From Eledone cirrhosa (Eukaryota), in contig OZ024742.1 of assembly GCA_964016885.1 (NCBI GenBank), positions 57,412,001 to 57,476,000 on the forward strand: a stretch of 64,000 nt of DNA, written 5' to 3'. This document shows, piece by piece, positions 44,690 through 57,363 of this stretch; the first letter of the stretch is position 1, and each line of letters begins with the position of its first letter. A program made the translations under genes and the position numbers. Under the pieces are notes generated by a model that had not been told where the DNA came from, did no database searches, and saw only the letters and a list, made by a program, of their open reading frames with translations.

Positions 44690-45941
44690 AAGCGGCTTAC
44701 TGTGGCGCTGGGTGGCAGGAGGACCCCTTGGTTAAATAAAGTGGTCAAATAATGTCATCCGAGCATAGAAGGAGTCTTACAAAGCTTGGGTTGAAATAAG
44801 CTCTCCTCCTTGCTCTTGCGGTACAAGCAGGCGCAAAATGTCGAAGCAGAGATGATAAAGATGTTCAAAGTTAAGATATGGGAGGACTTTGGGGTTCAGT
44901 TGGAATCTGACTTCAGATCAGCAAATAAAGTATTCTGGCAGACCCTTTGTCGACTTCGTAATAAGAAGTCCTCCTCTACGCCTGCAATCGGGAACTTGTC
45001 AGGGGGTTCTCCTCTCTTTAGAGAGGTGCATCCTCACGAGGTAAAGGGAATACTTAGCTGATCTATTAAACCCGACCACAACAGCATTTTCTGATGTACA
45101 AGAGATACAGCTGGGAGCAATGACTAACCTCTCAAATCTAACGGCTAGAATTTGCGGAAGAGATGATATTACTTAATTCGTCCGAGGGTGATTTCCGACA
45201 TCCACTTGATTGGTTTGCTTCCGAGTGCTGCACAGAAGTAATGAAAAAGACTGAGATACTCTTCCTCTCAGGAAAGCCTGTGTAGTGCACTTGACATGTG
45301 AGTAGAGTTCCACTCAATCAGGTAGGTAAGTTCAAGTATTTTGGGGCCTTGTTCACGAGTGATAGAAGGCAGAAGGCTGAATTAAGTGCCAGCATTGCAG
45401 GTGATGGTGCATAATGCAACAGCTTCAGCATTCAGTCATCAAAAGAAGGGAGGTAAGGGTAAAAGCCAAACTCGTTATCTTCATTTCGGTATTCGTGCCA
45501 ACCCTTACATATGGTCATAAATCATGGGTAATAATCGAAAGAATATGATCGTTAATACAATCGCCGAAATGGAGTTCCTCCGAAGGGTCATTGGAGTAAC
45601 GTTACTTGAGAGTCACTCCAGGTGAAGCCGTTACTTTTTTGAATTGGGAGATCGCAGCTCCGATACTACGGACATGTAATTAGAATGTCTCCAGAAAGAA
45701 TCGATGAACAGATTTTACGGGCAAAACCAACGGGCAGGAGACCAAGAGGAAGATCCCGAGCAAGATGCTTGGATAACAGAACCCGCTGGAAGGCGTGCTT
45801 GAGGACTATGCTTCCACGATCCTCCCAGAAGAAGAAGAAGAAGAAGAAGAAGAAGAAGAAGAAGAAGAAGAAGAAGAAGAAGAAGAAGAAGAAGAAGAAG
45901 AAGAAGAAGAAGAAGAAGAAGAAGAAGAAGAAGAAGAAGAA
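44690..45941 (+). pseudogene. Decayed, internally deleted RTE-clade (Expander/Rex3-like) LINE with (GAA)n tail
   Basis: WEDFGVQLESDFRSANKVFWQTLCRLR, FKYFGALFTSD, FVPTLTYGH, EMEFLRRV, GRRPRGR; ends in (GAA)n at 45828-45941. Confidence 0.8.
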
Positions 45942-47295
45942 CTTAATTTATCGACCTCAGAAACGCTGAAGGTCAAAGACAACCTACGCAAGTTTTGTAT
46001 TCAGAATAAAAAGAAACGTGACGTTTTTTTCTCTATTCTTCGTGTGTGTTACATAGATTGGTGTATATTTTTATCTTTGCTGAAATAACAAATGGCAAAA
46101 TTTAACTCCGACGGCGTGATTTAAACTGAGAACGTTAAGAGACATAAGTAAAAGCCGCAATGAATTTGTATCCACTGCTCTATTGATTTTTGGCAGTAAT
46201 GACGATAAGCAAGAAGAAAAGGGAAAGGAAGGAATATGACGAACATACTAAAAAACGAACTTTTTCCGTCATTCTGCCACCCCAGTATATAATAGACAAA
46301 CGTTGTTGTTGTGAATGATGTTTTATTGTCTTTGCGGAAGTTGTTTTTGTTGTTGCTGAGAAACCGGGCTTTTTCATGAGGAGTGTTTCCAATCTTATTG
46401 CACCGGGGTAGTTAAATGAATAAAGCAAATAACTAATGTTTCTACATGAAACCGTCCATTTCATTTTTCTTCTTATTCTTATTCTTTGCGGAAATCTTTT
46501 AGAATTTAAAACATGTGATTCTTGTTTTAAAGATATTAGACAGTTTCTTTAACGGAGATTTGTTTAACGACGAATTACGACGAAACAATGATTGAGTTAT
46601 AGTTCTGTGACCAAAATATCTTTCGAAAATTTCGAAGATTTCGTGGTAGTTCCGGACTCTGACAGCTGCTATATATTCAAATAAGCCAAGTTTAAAATGA
46701 CAAATAAGCAATACTTTTGGAAATATAGCGTACAATATATCTGCTGTTGGTGTTGACTAAATACTGCTTAGCTTCGGGGAGAAATATTATGATCGATTAG
46801 GAAAACTAAAGTGTATAAATGTAGGCGCCTTGGAGGTCTATTTATTTGATTCTAATCTGACAAGAAGTCATTTAAGAATGACAGGAAATAATTTATCCGA
46901 AATGCCTTTTATTTGTCTTGCGGTGATATTTCGATATAATTTTGTTTTGTTATTTAGAGTTTCTCTTATTTCACTTGAATTTGCAGCTCGGATGATAGAA
47001 AACCACTAAGCTCTTCTCATTAGTGTGCCATGGAAGAACGTGAAGAAAACTTCCCCATGTTATAATGTAAAATCCGTAGATTTTCACAAAAGAATATTTT
47101 TATAATATATTTTATCACTGTATGCTAGATTCGTTACTTGCATATTTTTAACGTTTCTGCATATTTCTACATACGAAAGAAGAAGAAAATCACCCTATAG
47201 ATTTATTTATTATTTTCATTTTGATTTTAATGTGGTGCGAAGAGAAAGAAAACTGACATAAATACCATAGTCATAAAAATTAATTCATTAAATAA

Positions 47296-47500
47296 TAATA
47301 ATTGTTTCTATTTGAGGCACAAGGCCAGCAATTACCCAGTGCATTACTGGTACTTTATTTTATCGACCCCGTAAGGATGAAAGGAAAAGTTAAATAATAA
47401 TAATTGTTTCTACTTTAGGCACAAGGCCAGCAGTTACCCAGTGCATTACTGGTACTGCATTGGGTAATTGCTGGCCTTGTGCCTAAAGTAGAAATAATAA
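47296..47500. repeat. Rearranged SINE 3' fragments: tandem pair plus fold-back
   Basis: attgtttcta..ggcacaaggccagca.ttacccagtgcattactggtact occurs twice, followed by the inverted copy tgggtaattgctggccttgtgcctaaagtagaaa. Confidence 0.75.
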
Positions 47501-47554
47501 TTATTATTATTATTTAATGAATTCATTTTTATGGCTATAGTATTTATGTCAGTT

Positions 47555-47605
<51 letters not shown>

Positions 47606-47865
47606 TTTCTTTATTAACCACAAGGGTTTACATAAAGTAGACATTAAGGACAGTGCAGGACAATGCAGGACGGTACAAATGGGCATTTCTGCGTGTAAAA
47701 AAACAAAAACAGAGGATGTAACAAAAATAACAATGAAAATAACAATGAAAAATTCCCCAATAGGGGGGAGACTTCGGAGGGACATTTGTGGAGAAAGCCC
47801 AGTAAAAAGCCACAATGACCCTGACCACCAAGGCAAGTGCCCTCTCCCAGTTTTCCACCTTTAAT

Positions 47866-50800
47866 TTACAGATATATGCTCAGAGTAGGCCCATTCACTC
47901 GGGCCATTCTTGCTTCTCTCACCCATCTTTCAACAAAATGCTGGGAAGAGAGCACTTCCCTCTCTACTCTGATTTTCCTTTTCAAATGAAATTTGAAAAA
48001 GTCAATCAGAGCATCACCGAAGAGGTAAGTGCTCGTCTTCAGCCCTTTCAAACGTGTCCACCATACTATCTCTTTCGCCATGGCCACCAGGCAGATAAAA
48101 ACTGCCTGCCCTTCCCGGCTAAAGGAGGAGGGCGGGGCAATCCTCACGATGGACTCAGATGATAGCCGGATCCGTCCTAAACGCGACAGCAGGTGTTCGA
48201 CATAAACCCGCAAGTCAGCAATTTTCGGACACTGGACGAGTGCGTGCAGGACGGTTTCGTCGCCCTGCGCGCATCTCGGACATGCCCGGCTGACGGCACC
48301 TCCATGCCTGTAGAGTTTATCCCGAACTGGCAAGGCTCCTCGGTAGCACTGCCAGGCCAGAGATTTCTGGAAGTTGTCCATAGGCCCTGGCCCGAAAGTT
48401 CTTCCGAAGAGATTGGCTAGTTGATTTTCGTCGACGCCTAGAGTTTCCCCAAGTACGTCGTCGCTCTTCCCCTCCACTAATCCTCTATAGAACGCCGAGG
48501 TGGAGTTTCCACCGATCACATTGCCCGATTGGTCGAAGGCTGTGAGCGCCTGAAGACATTCCAGTCTCCAGGCGCTCCCTCTCGGTCTTCGCTTGACCCA
48601 GGACTGCAGCTCCGTCAAGGAAACGAGCTGGGGAAACACGCGTCTAGCAAACGGCGACCACACCTGATCACCGTCGAGGAAGAGGTGGAGATGTCGTAGC
48701 CTGAGCGCGTGCCTGCGCATCATCAGCCACGGCATGCCCAGCCCTCCACGTAGCGGGTGTTGACAACAGATGGACCGCCTGACCATCGGAGCGCGTCCCT
48801 TCCACAAAAAGCGAAAGAGCAAACGCTCCAGCACAGTCAGGCGAGGCTTAGGACAAGGTACGACGGTCAGGCGGTAGCAGATGACAGACGCGATGTACGC
48901 GTTAGCCACCTCCGCTCGACCTTTCAGGGATAGCTTCCTCTCCGCCCATTTCTGGGTGAGAGAAGCCACCCTGCTCGTCACCTCGTCCCAGTTTTTGTCC
49001 GTCTGGAGGTCCGGACCGAACCAGACCCCTAGCAATTTAACCGGTCCGTCCGTCCAGCGCCCGACGACGCTGTTGGACGGCATGGACCTGCCTCTCCAGG
49101 TGCCGAGCTGCAGGCCCACTGACTTTTCCTGGTTGATCATTGCTCCTGTCACCGCTTCGTATTCTCTTAGTGTAGTGCCGATCGCCTCGATGTGTTTGGC
49201 GTTCGACACCACTACGGTGACATCGTCCGCATATGCTGAGACGGATCTTCCGCATCCTAGTTCGCGCGGGACTCCCCTCAACGTCTCCAGTTTGTGCAGT
49301 AATGGCTCGAGAGTCAATACGTACAAGAGGGACGAGAGGGGACATCCTTGGCGGACCGAGCGCATGATGTTGAACGGTTCCGACAGGTGACCGTTCACTC
49401 TCACCACAGAGCAGATGTCGCTGTGCATGGCAGCGATCCAGCCTCTGAAGACGGACCCAAAGCCAGCCGCCCTCGGGACGGCCGCTAGGTAACGATGGTC
49501 GACCCTATCGAAAGCTTTCGACTGATCTAAATTGATCAAGGACCCACCCGTGCCAGGTTCCTTAGCTACCCTCTCTATGATGTATCGCATGAGGTGGAGG
49601 TTGTCGTGGATGGATCTGTCGGGAATGGCGCATGTCTGCGCCTCTCCCACCAGACCACCAACGACAAGCGCCAACCTCTTTGCTAGCACCTTGGCCAAAA
49701 TCTTGAACTCTGTGTTTAGCAGAGTTATGGGCCGGAAATTGTCTATGTTATCCCCCTTGTTCGGATCCTTTCTCAGCAGTGCCACCGCTCCTCGGCTCAC
49801 AGAACTGGGAATTCTCCCGTTCTGTTGCCAGTTGCAGTAGACGTCCGCCAAGAGGCCTCCGAACAAGTCTGGCATCTGTACGTAAAGTTCATAGGGCAGA
49901 CCATCCAAACCAGGCGATTTACCCCTTGTGCAGCCAGTCATTGCCTCCCTTACTTCAGCGGCTGTTATCGGCTTTTCGCAACACTTCGCCTCAGTGGCCG
50001 AGAGCCGCGGCAGTCCGTCGAGGTAGACACTAAAGTCCATCCCTCTACCCGGCCACCCGCTGCCCCCGAACAGCTGAGCGAAGTGTCGCTGAAAAGCTTC
50101 ACACATTTGCCCGGGATCGAGTAGCATGCGCCCGTCGTGGTCCACCAAAGACCGGATCGTGGCTTTGTTGCCACGACGCGCCTCCGCCACTCGGGCCCAT
50201 TGAACGGCTTTCGTCCCCTCGTGTCTGAGAGCACGCACCCTAGCTCTGACAACGCAGCCTTCGTGCTTTGCATTGAAGAATTGGTCAAGGGCCAATTTCG
50301 CCGCAAGCACGTCGGTCGCAATGCCTTTGCTAAGCGCCTCGTCTAATTTTCTAACTAGTTCACCCTCTGCTCTATTTTTCTCTATTGCTAAAGCCTTACT
50401 AAACCTAATCGATTCTATTCTAATCGCTCTTTTCAGAGCAAACCACCACTTGTTGTTGACGATGGCCCCCGTCAACGACCGCTTAACTAGTTCGCTAATC
50501 CGGTCTCTGTAGGCCTTGCGCGCTGGTAAGGACGCGTTTAGCTTCCAGTAGCCGGGTCCTCGTCTATGAAGCCTATCTAAGTCAAGCACACAGGTCACGA
50601 ATTTGTGGTCCGTGTAGCTGACTATCTTGAATTGTGGACAGCCTATGCTAGACCTATCTATTTCCCTACAAAATACTCTATCTAGATATGATCTGGATGA
50701 CCCTATGCGGTTTGTCCAAGTCCACATTGGCACATTCGGGAAATCCAATCGGTACCTGTCAGACAGTTCAAAACGCCTGAGCAGGTTGGTGAGGCTCTTG

Positions 50801-51285
50801 CACCCTCCACCCCTATCCGCTAATCCCACACAGTCCCAGCGTGCATCTAAGATCCCGTTCCAGTCGCCCACTAACACTAAAGAGCGGGACGTTCCAAGAA
50901 AGGTCTCCAGACGCCGGAAGAAATCAGGCCGCCCTGCTCCTGTCGGGGCATAGACGGCCACTAGCCTGAAAGCTTGCCCGTCTCCGCTGGTCACGTCCAG
51001 CACCACCAGCTTACCCTCTGGGTCCAGGAAGATGGCCCGTATGGCGAGATCCAAACCTCTCCGAAAAAGCACAGCAACTCCTCCACCCGATCCAGGACGG
51101 CTGGGAGATGCGTACACATCGTAGCCGCCGAAGATCGGTGCGAAAGCCCGTGCTTCGGAGATTCTGGTCTCGCTGATGGCCACTACATCTATGTTTAGTG
51201 ACCTGAGGTCGTTGAGCAGGTGACCCTGCTTCCATGACGACCCCAAGCCACGCGCATTTATGCTGCCTATTCTGAGTGAGGTCAT
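47866..51285 (-). CDS. Tx1 ORF2: AP endonuclease, RT, C-terminal zinc finger (1139 aa)
   Basis: SINARGL, ISET, VYAP, GDWN, LDR, TDH, GPGYWKLN; KSPGLDG, FRPITLLN, LDQSKAFDRV, RQGCPLS, AYADD; CPRC..ETVLHALVQC. Confidence 0.96.
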   Translation of the reverse strand: MTSLRIGSINARGLGSSWKQGHLLNDLRSLNIDVVAISETRISEARAFAPIFGGYDVYASPSRPGSGGGVAVLFRRGLDLAIRAIFLDPEGKLVVLDVTSGDGQAFRLVAVYAPTGAGRPDFFRRLETFLGTSRSLVLVGDWNGILDARWDCVGLADRGGGCKSLTNLLRRFELSDRYRLDFPNVPMWTWTNRIGSSRSYLDRVFCREIDRSSIGCPQFKIVSYTDHKFVTCVLDLDRLHRRGPGYWKLNASLPARKAYRDRISELVKRSLTGAIVNNKWWFALKRAIRIESIRFSKALAIEKNRAEGELVRKLDEALSKGIATDVLAAKLALDQFFNAKHEGCVVRARVRALRHEGTKAVQWARVAEARRGNKATIRSLVDHDGRMLLDPGQMCEAFQRHFAQLFGGSGWPGRGMDFSVYLDGLPRLSATEAKCCEKPITAAEVREAMTGCTRGKSPGLDGLPYELYVQMPDLFGGLLADVYCNWQQNGRIPSSVSRGAVALLRKDPNKGDNIDNFRPITLLNTEFKILAKVLAKRLALVVGGLVGEAQTCAIPDRSIHDNLHLMRYIIERVAKEPGTGGSLINLDQSKAFDRVDHRYLAAVPRAAGFGSVFRGWIAAMHSDICSVVRVNGHLSEPFNIMRSVRQGCPLSSLLYVLTLEPLLHKLETLRGVPRELGCGRSVSAYADDVTVVVSNAKHIEAIGTTLREYEAVTGAMINQEKSVGLQLGTWRGRSMPSNSVVGRWTDGPVKLLGVWFGPDLQTDKNWDEVTSRVASLTQKWAERKLSLKGRAEVANAYIASVICYRLTVVPCPKPRLTVLERLLFRFLWKGRAPMVRRSICCQHPLRGGLGMPWLMMRRHALRLRHLHLFLDGDQVWSPFARRVFPQLVSLTELQSWVKRRPRGSAWRLECLQALTAFDQSGNVIGGNSTSAFYRGLVEGKSDDVLGETLGVDENQLANLFGRTFGPGPMDNFQKSLAWQCYRGALPVRDKLYRHGGAVSRACPRCAQGDETVLHALVQCPKIADLRVYVEHLLSRLGRIRLSSESIVRIAPPSSFSREGQAVFICLVAMAKEIVWWTRLKGLKTSTYLFGDALIDFFKFHLKRKIRVEREVLSSQHFVERWVREARMARVNGPTLSIYL

Positions 51286-51320
51286 GTTTAAAATAGAGTG
51301 GAAAAGATGGGAAAGACCAC

Positions 51321-53414
51321 TTACCGTACTTTTGGTAGAGGAGGGATGGTTTTTACATCCCTTTTCACTTGATCGTCTGGTGAAGGGACCGTTGAATCGT
51401 CCCTTCGGCTGGTCGTCGGCTCTTCTAAGAGAATGTCTGAATATACTCTTCGATTGATGGTTCCTCCTAGGTCCCTGAAATCACCAACTGCGTTGGGGAA
51501 TTTCGTTTTAATGTTTGTGTATTGTTTCTGTGCTATTTTTAGCAGTCTTATGTTAGTTGGCGTTTTGATTGGTGCTGGTATCATGTAGTCCTGTTGTGAA
51601 ATGTCTGTGTGTTCAATTATGTAAGTCATTAGTTTCTTGTTGTGTGTGTTTATTGCCGTGCATTTGTTTTTCTGGGGGTGGGGTGTGGTTCTGCTATTTT
51701 CTTGTTGTTGCTGGGTGTTTGTGTTTTGTTGCTGTGTTTGCGATGTTGGTGCTTGTGGTGGTGGTGTTGAAGGTGTTGTTGGCGGTGGGGTTGTCGCCGG
51801 TGGTGATGGTGGTGCTGGTGTGGGTGGTGATGGTGTTGGTGGTGTTGCTGCTGTGGGTCTCTTTGCAGTAGACTTTACCCTTTTCTCATTTCTTTCCTCC
51901 CTTTTCAAAGGCGACGATGCGCTGCTTCTGCGTTTGTGCCTTCTTGCGACCTTTTGCCATCCCTCTCCCACCTCACACTCCATGTCTGATTCTGTGAGGT
52001 CGGGGAGGGGTACCAGCTCCACTCTTTCACTTGTTGTTGTTGGTGATGTTTGCACTGGAGTCTCTGTTGCAGCTGCATTTGGTATTGCTGTTGTTGTTGT
52101 TAATATTTCCACTGCTGCTGCTGTTTTTGATTTCCGTGGAGTAGGTATGGGTGCCACGGATCTATCGTTCCTGGTTGCCGCTTGTCCTGTTGCTGGTAGC
52201 CGTGGAGCCGGATTCGGAAGGAGGGGGGTTTTCTCCTTTCTCAGGGTCTTCTCGTTGCAGAAGGCCCTGAGGTGAGTCTTCGATCCACAGCGAAAGCATT
52301 TCGGGCGTTTGCCCTCAACACTTATGGGCAGTTGAGTGCCGTTATCGAAGTCTATCACATCCGGGATAGCTTCGATGCACTCCTGGTTGGTTTGGATTAG
52401 CATCTCAATGGAGGAGCCGACCCAATCTTCTCTTACTTTTTTCTGTACTTGCAGTACAGTTGTTTTGTCCTCGATTCCGACGAGGACAGACGCGGCCAGC
52501 CAAGAAGGGGTCATTCCGGGGGGGACGTGGGTCAGTTTGACCCTCACAATTTTTTGCCCGCAGTAGGAGGGCACCAACACCATTTCCTCGCTCCTTAGGG
52601 TCACTACTGATTGGGCCTTTGCCTCCTGGGGTGTGGCAAAAAGTACGTCTACAGTGGCATATTTTTTGCCTCGGGTGATGTGCGTTTTCCGCTGCCACAC
52701 AGACCCCAAGGCTTTTTGTATTTGGGCCTCTGTGGCTCTTTCCACCCTACGGGATTTTGTACTTACTGTACGGTACGTGACCGTACAGTGCTCTTGGGTT
52801 TCGAAAAATTTTTCCGCTGCCTTGCAGATTGCTCGGTGTCCGTTCTTTGTCACCATCTTCTTCGCTTCCTCTAATTCCTCATTTGTTATGAGGATTGTTT
52901 CCAAGTTTTTCGCAATACCTGCAAATGAGATTGGTTTTTCTCTGCTGTTGTTGTTGTCGTCAGAGCTGCTGGTACTTTTGTTGTTGCTGCAGGTACTACG
53001 ACTACTGCCTCCGCCGCTGTTGCTGTGGTTGTTGTTGGTGTTGCTGCTGCTAATGCTGTTGTTGTTTATGCTGCTGGTGATGCTGTTGCGGCTGCTACTG
53101 TTGTTTTCATTGTCACTGTTGCTGTTGTTATTACGGCTGCTACTGCTATTATTCCTGACGTCAGACGAATGAACTGGGTTTTCGTATTTCCCGCACACCT
53201 GTTTCGTCGCTGTCGTCGTCGTCGTGGAGAAACCTTGCACGCTTTGCACGAGACTTTTCTTTTCTTTCGTCACTTGCGAAAGAGAAGGGAGGGAGAGAGA
53301 CACATTTAAAGAAGGGAGGGAGAGAGACAATCTTCTCTCTGCTGTAGTGATGATTGAGGAAGAAGAAGACGGAATGAGTGGGAGTGACGTATGAAATTTC
53401 TTTTTCGTAGCCAT
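51321..53414 (-). CDS. Tx1 ORF1 gag-like protein with CCHC zinc knuckle
   Basis: Open frame with first ATG at 53414; CFRCGSKTHLRAFC knuckle; S/N-rich and P/T-rich low-complexity regions. Confidence 0.9.
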   Translation of the reverse strand: MATKKKFHTSLPLIPSSSSSIITTAERRLSLSLPSLNVSLSLPSLSQVTKEKKSLVQSVQGFSTTTTTATKQVCGKYENPVHSSDVRNNSSSSRNNNSNSDNENNSSSRNSITSSINNNSISSSNTNNNHSNSGGGSSRSTCSNNKSTSSSDDNNNSREKPISFAGIAKNLETILITNEELEEAKKMVTKNGHRAICKAAEKFFETQEHCTVTYRTVSTKSRRVERATEAQIQKALGSVWQRKTHITRGKKYATVDVLFATPQEAKAQSVVTLRSEEMVLVPSYCGQKIVRVKLTHVPPGMTPSWLAASVLVGIEDKTTVLQVQKKVREDWVGSSIEMLIQTNQECIEAIPDVIDFDNGTQLPISVEGKRPKCFRCGSKTHLRAFCNEKTLRKEKTPLLPNPAPRLPATGQAATRNDRSVAPIPTPRKSKTAAAVEILTTTTAIPNAAATETPVQTSPTTTSERVELVPLPDLTESDMECEVGEGWQKVARRHKRRSSASSPLKREERNEKRVKSTAKRPTAATPPTPSPPTPAPPSPPATTPPPTTPSTPPPQAPTSQTQQQNTNTQQQQENSRTTPHPQKNKCTAINTHNKKLMTYIIEHTDISQQDYMIPAPIKTPTNIRLLKIAQKQYTNIKTKFPNAVGDFRDLGGTINRRVYSDILLEEPTTSRRDDSTVPSPDDQVKRDVKTIPPLPKVR

Positions 53415-53650
53415 GTTGATTTTTTGTTTAAAATGAAATTTTGGGTACAAAACCCCAATAACTGGTTATTTAACCCCGAAGGGCCAAATAACGGACAGAA
53501 AGACCCCTCTCACGAGGAGGAGGGTGTCTTTATCAACAATTTGGTTCAAGTTTTAAACAATTTACAATTGTTTTAACGGTTAAAAATTACTATACCTTAC
53601 AGAGCCGAGCCTCCGTCAACCATGGCATTCAATAATAATAATAATAATAA

Positions 53651-56600
53651 AACTAAGTCAGACATTCGAACACTACATTACAATGAAACTTATGCTTATT
53701 CATTTTTGGGGCCCTTTCTGCCTGTGTGTTTGTTTCTTTATGTGTGTTCGTATACAGCGTGGTGATAATGCCACACAAGGGCCAAGTGGAATGGCGGATC
53801 CACAGATGGCTATGTAACCATACATTCGCCAATCCTCGATAAGAGTGTTTAAATATCGAACATAAACAGTTCGAATAACGGTGAAATGGAGACTAGAACG
53901 TCATGTGACAGACTCTCACCCAACAGGTGCCCCCTGGCTCAGCAGCAGGAACCTGACTGTCAACCAAATACTGCTGATGTTGGAGGAAGGAGAAGAAGGA
54001 AAGGGGCCAGAACCAACTGGACGAAAGAATTGAATAGAACTGTTATGCAATGTTACCTGAAAAGTAACCCCAAGGAGAGGGGCTACAGGAGACGGATGCA
54101 TAACATCTGGAACGAGATTGGTTTATTTAAATTAGATGAACAAAAATTGGCCGGGCAGGCTCGGGTAATAAGAACTAATGGGTGGATAAGCGAGCTGGAA
54201 CTGGAGGAACTGAGCAGAGAGAATGGCTTGGAGATGGCGGGTGTAGTATGCCAGACAAGCGAGCCAGTGGGAAATGAAGGTGAAGAGGTCCTGAGAACGG
54301 AGGAACCACCCGAAGCAGACAATGATCTGAATACTGAGATAAATAATACCTGGAACAGAGATACGGCCACTGAGGAGATGAATGCTGACGGGCTAGGACA
54401 AGATTCGGTTGACATCCTAAATTTAGTGGTAGATGAATTGAACAATGATAGTGGGAGACCTATGAACCTAAGATTTGTAGACAGGAAAAAGTTAAAAGAA
54501 ACAACAGCTAAGGTAAACAAAGTCATCCCATACCTTGAGGCGAGGAGCCTTCACCAGTGCAACAATATCCTCAAAGCAACAGCAAATACGGTGAGGAAAC
54601 TACTTGGTATAAAAGCGAGAGGAAACAACAGACAAGAAAGAGCAGAGCCGTGGTGGAAGTAGCGACTGAGTGGGCAAATCGGGGAAATGAGAAATGACAT
54701 AGGAAAGCTTGAGTCACTACTGAATGGGACACTAAAAAACATAGGCACTAAAAATAGACTGGAAATAAAATACAAAACTAGGAGGAAAAAGCTAAATATT
54801 ATCATAGAGGAACTGAAGCAACGCATTGTAGCAAAGAGTGCAAAAATCAGGCGATACGAGAACAGAGTCAGTCAGTATAAACAGAACCGCATGTTCGATA
54901 ACAACCAGAAGATGCTGTTTGGACAGCTTGAGGGGAAAGAAAGAGGCAACGACTTGATCCCTGGGGCGGAGCAAACTAAAACATTCTGGAGAGGAATATG
55001 GGAGCAGGATGTTAGACATAATGTCCAGGCAGGGTGGATTGAGACAGTACAGAGGGAGATCGGTGAGCAGGCACAACAACAAACTGATTTGAGTATCACA
55101 GTTGAAACTCTTAAGGGGCAGGCCAAAAAACTAACCAACTGGAAATCACCAGGCCCAGATGGTGTGCAGGGGTATTGGATTAAACATTTAACATCCCTCC
55201 ACCCGAAGCTGACGGCCATGTTCAATGACTGCTTGGTGTCGGGTAGGTGCCAGAGTGGTTGACAAAAGGTACCACAGTTCGGATAATGAAAGACCGAATC
55301 AAGGGTAATGATGTTACCAACTATAGACCTATCACATGTCTGTCCGTAATGTGGAAACTGTTGACGAGCATTGTGTCTGAGGAAATATACCATCACCTCC
55401 ACACAAACAACTTGTTACCGGACTAACAGAAAGGATGCCGAAAGAAGTCACGTGGTACAAAGGACCAGTTGCTTATTGATAAGATGGTAATGGGGAATTG
55501 CAGGAGGAGGCACACTGATCTTGCCATGGGATGGATAGACTACAGAAAGGCATTTGACATGGTGCCTCATTCTTGGATCACCAAAAGCCTGGAGATCTTC
55601 AGGGTGGCAGATAACATCAGACAGTTGCTAGGCAGGAGTATGGGGTCCTGGGAGACAGAGTTGACATCAACTGGAGTATCCTTGGGAAGCGTGAAGATCA
55701 AGAGAGGTATCTTCCAGGGAGATAGCCTGTCCCCTCTGTTGTTTGTCCTTGCCCTGATGCCCTTGACCATTATGCTGCGAAAAGTGAGAGCAGGATACAA
55801 GTTGGGAAGGGGAGAGCTTACCATCAATCACCTCCTCTTCATGGACGATCTTAAGCTCTTCGGGAAAAGTGAGAAGGAGTTGGATGTGCTTGTTGACACT
55901 GTCCGTATTTTCAGCAGTGATATATGTATGCAGTTTGGTATTGGTAAATGTGGAGTCATTGTGATGAAGAGGGGTAGGTTGAGCAGAAGTAACGGGATCC
56001 AGATACCAACAGGTGAGATGATAAAGGAAATTGACTCTGAGGAAGGATACAAGTATTTGGGCGTTCTGGAGGCTGATGGCATAAAGAACAAAAAAATGAA
56101 GGAATTGTTAAGAACTGAATACATTCGGAGAGTAAGGAGCGTATTGAAGTCACATCTGAACAGCAGAAATGCCATAAGCGCAGTAAATTCCCGAGCTGTG
56201 TCTATTATTAGGTACAGTGCGGGAATTCTGAGATGGAATGTTGCTGAACAAAAAGAAATGGATAGGAAGACTAGGAAGCTATTGACTATCTACAACATGT
56301 TCCACAAGAGGAGTGATGTCGATAGACTCTACCTAAGGAGATCTGAGGGTGGAAGAGGTCTTATCAGCATAGAGGACTGTGTTCAGATGGAGAAAAACAA
56401 CCTATACAAATACGTGACCTATAGTAAGGAGCCAATGCTCAGAGCTGTACTGAAGGAGGGGACAGTAGGCCAGGGGATACCCAAGGAGGAAATAACATCA
56501 AGGAGGAAGAGCAGCCTTAAGGGAAAATCCCTTCATAGTACCTTCTTTGAGAAAACTGAATTTAGAGATCCACAGACATGGAACTGGTTGAGAAGAGGAG

Positions 56601-57352
56601 ACCTCAAAAAGGCTACAGAAGGAATGCTAATGGCTGCGCAGGAGCAGGCCCTCAAAACGAAGTGGTTGAAGCACCATATCTACAAGGAGGAGGCTAGCCC
56701 ACTGTGCAGGATCTGTGGAGAGAGAGAGGAGACTGTGGCTCACATTGTGTCCGAGTGTAAACACCTAGCCCAGACCCACTATAAGGGCTGGAGACACGAT
56801 GTGATGGGCAGGGTGATCCACTGGCACCTGTGCAAAGTAAACAATCTACCACATTCTGAGAAATGGTATGAGCATAGGCCAGAGGCGGTGATGGAGAACA
56901 GTCAGGTGAAGGTGCTGTGGGATTTTAGGATACAGACGGACAAAAAACTGGAACACAATAGACCTGACCTGGTGGTTGTGGACAAAGAAAAAAGATCGTG
57001 CCTGATTGTGGATGTGGCCTGCCCGTTCGACACGAGAGTGCAAGAGAAGGAGAGGGAGAAAATTAACCGATACCAGGACCTAAAGTGGGAGGTGAAAAGG
57101 ATTTGGAACTGCCATGAAGTCAAAGTGATCCCGATTGTCATAGGCGCACTGGGGACTATCTCCAAAGGTTTCCAGGGATGGTTAAAGAAAATCGGCCCCT
57201 TCACGCTTTTTGGAACGCTTCAAAAGGCATGCTTGCTTGGAACGGCAAGAACCCTCCGATACGTCCTGAATATCTGAGGCTGCAGGTAGTGGCTTGATAT
57301 TCAATCCAACGGACTTTCCAGTTAACCAACATCAATGACTGAGATTCAAGGA
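53651..57352 (+). mobile_element. Full-length R4/Dong-clade RLE non-LTR retrotransposon in (AAT)n
   Basis: Single-ORF layout with RT and restriction-like endonuclease; (AAT)n on both sides. Confidence 0.9.
53886..57277 (+). pseudogene. Disabled R4/Dong ORF (RT, CCHC finger, PD-D/ExK endonuclease)
   Basis: RTNWTKELN..VMQCY..GYRRRM N-terminus; [68 protein letters not shown]. Broken by TAG at 54660, a frameshift near 55250 and TAA at 55424. Confidence 0.92.
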
Positions 57353-57363
57353 ATAACAATAAC

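Larger units (their letters stand above)
47604..53630 (-). mobile_element. Full-length intact L1/Tx1-clade retrotransposon, copy 1, inserted in (AAT)n/(ATT)n
   Basis: Two open ORFs; 3' UTR ends AATAAAgaaatc followed by (ATT)n; 5' end abuts (ATT)6. Confidence 0.95.

Noticed and set aside
53651-53885. HDV-like ribozyme in the Dong 5' UTR
   Set aside because: Local hairpins exist (ggcggat/attcgcc) but I could not assemble the nested double pseudoknot by eye.
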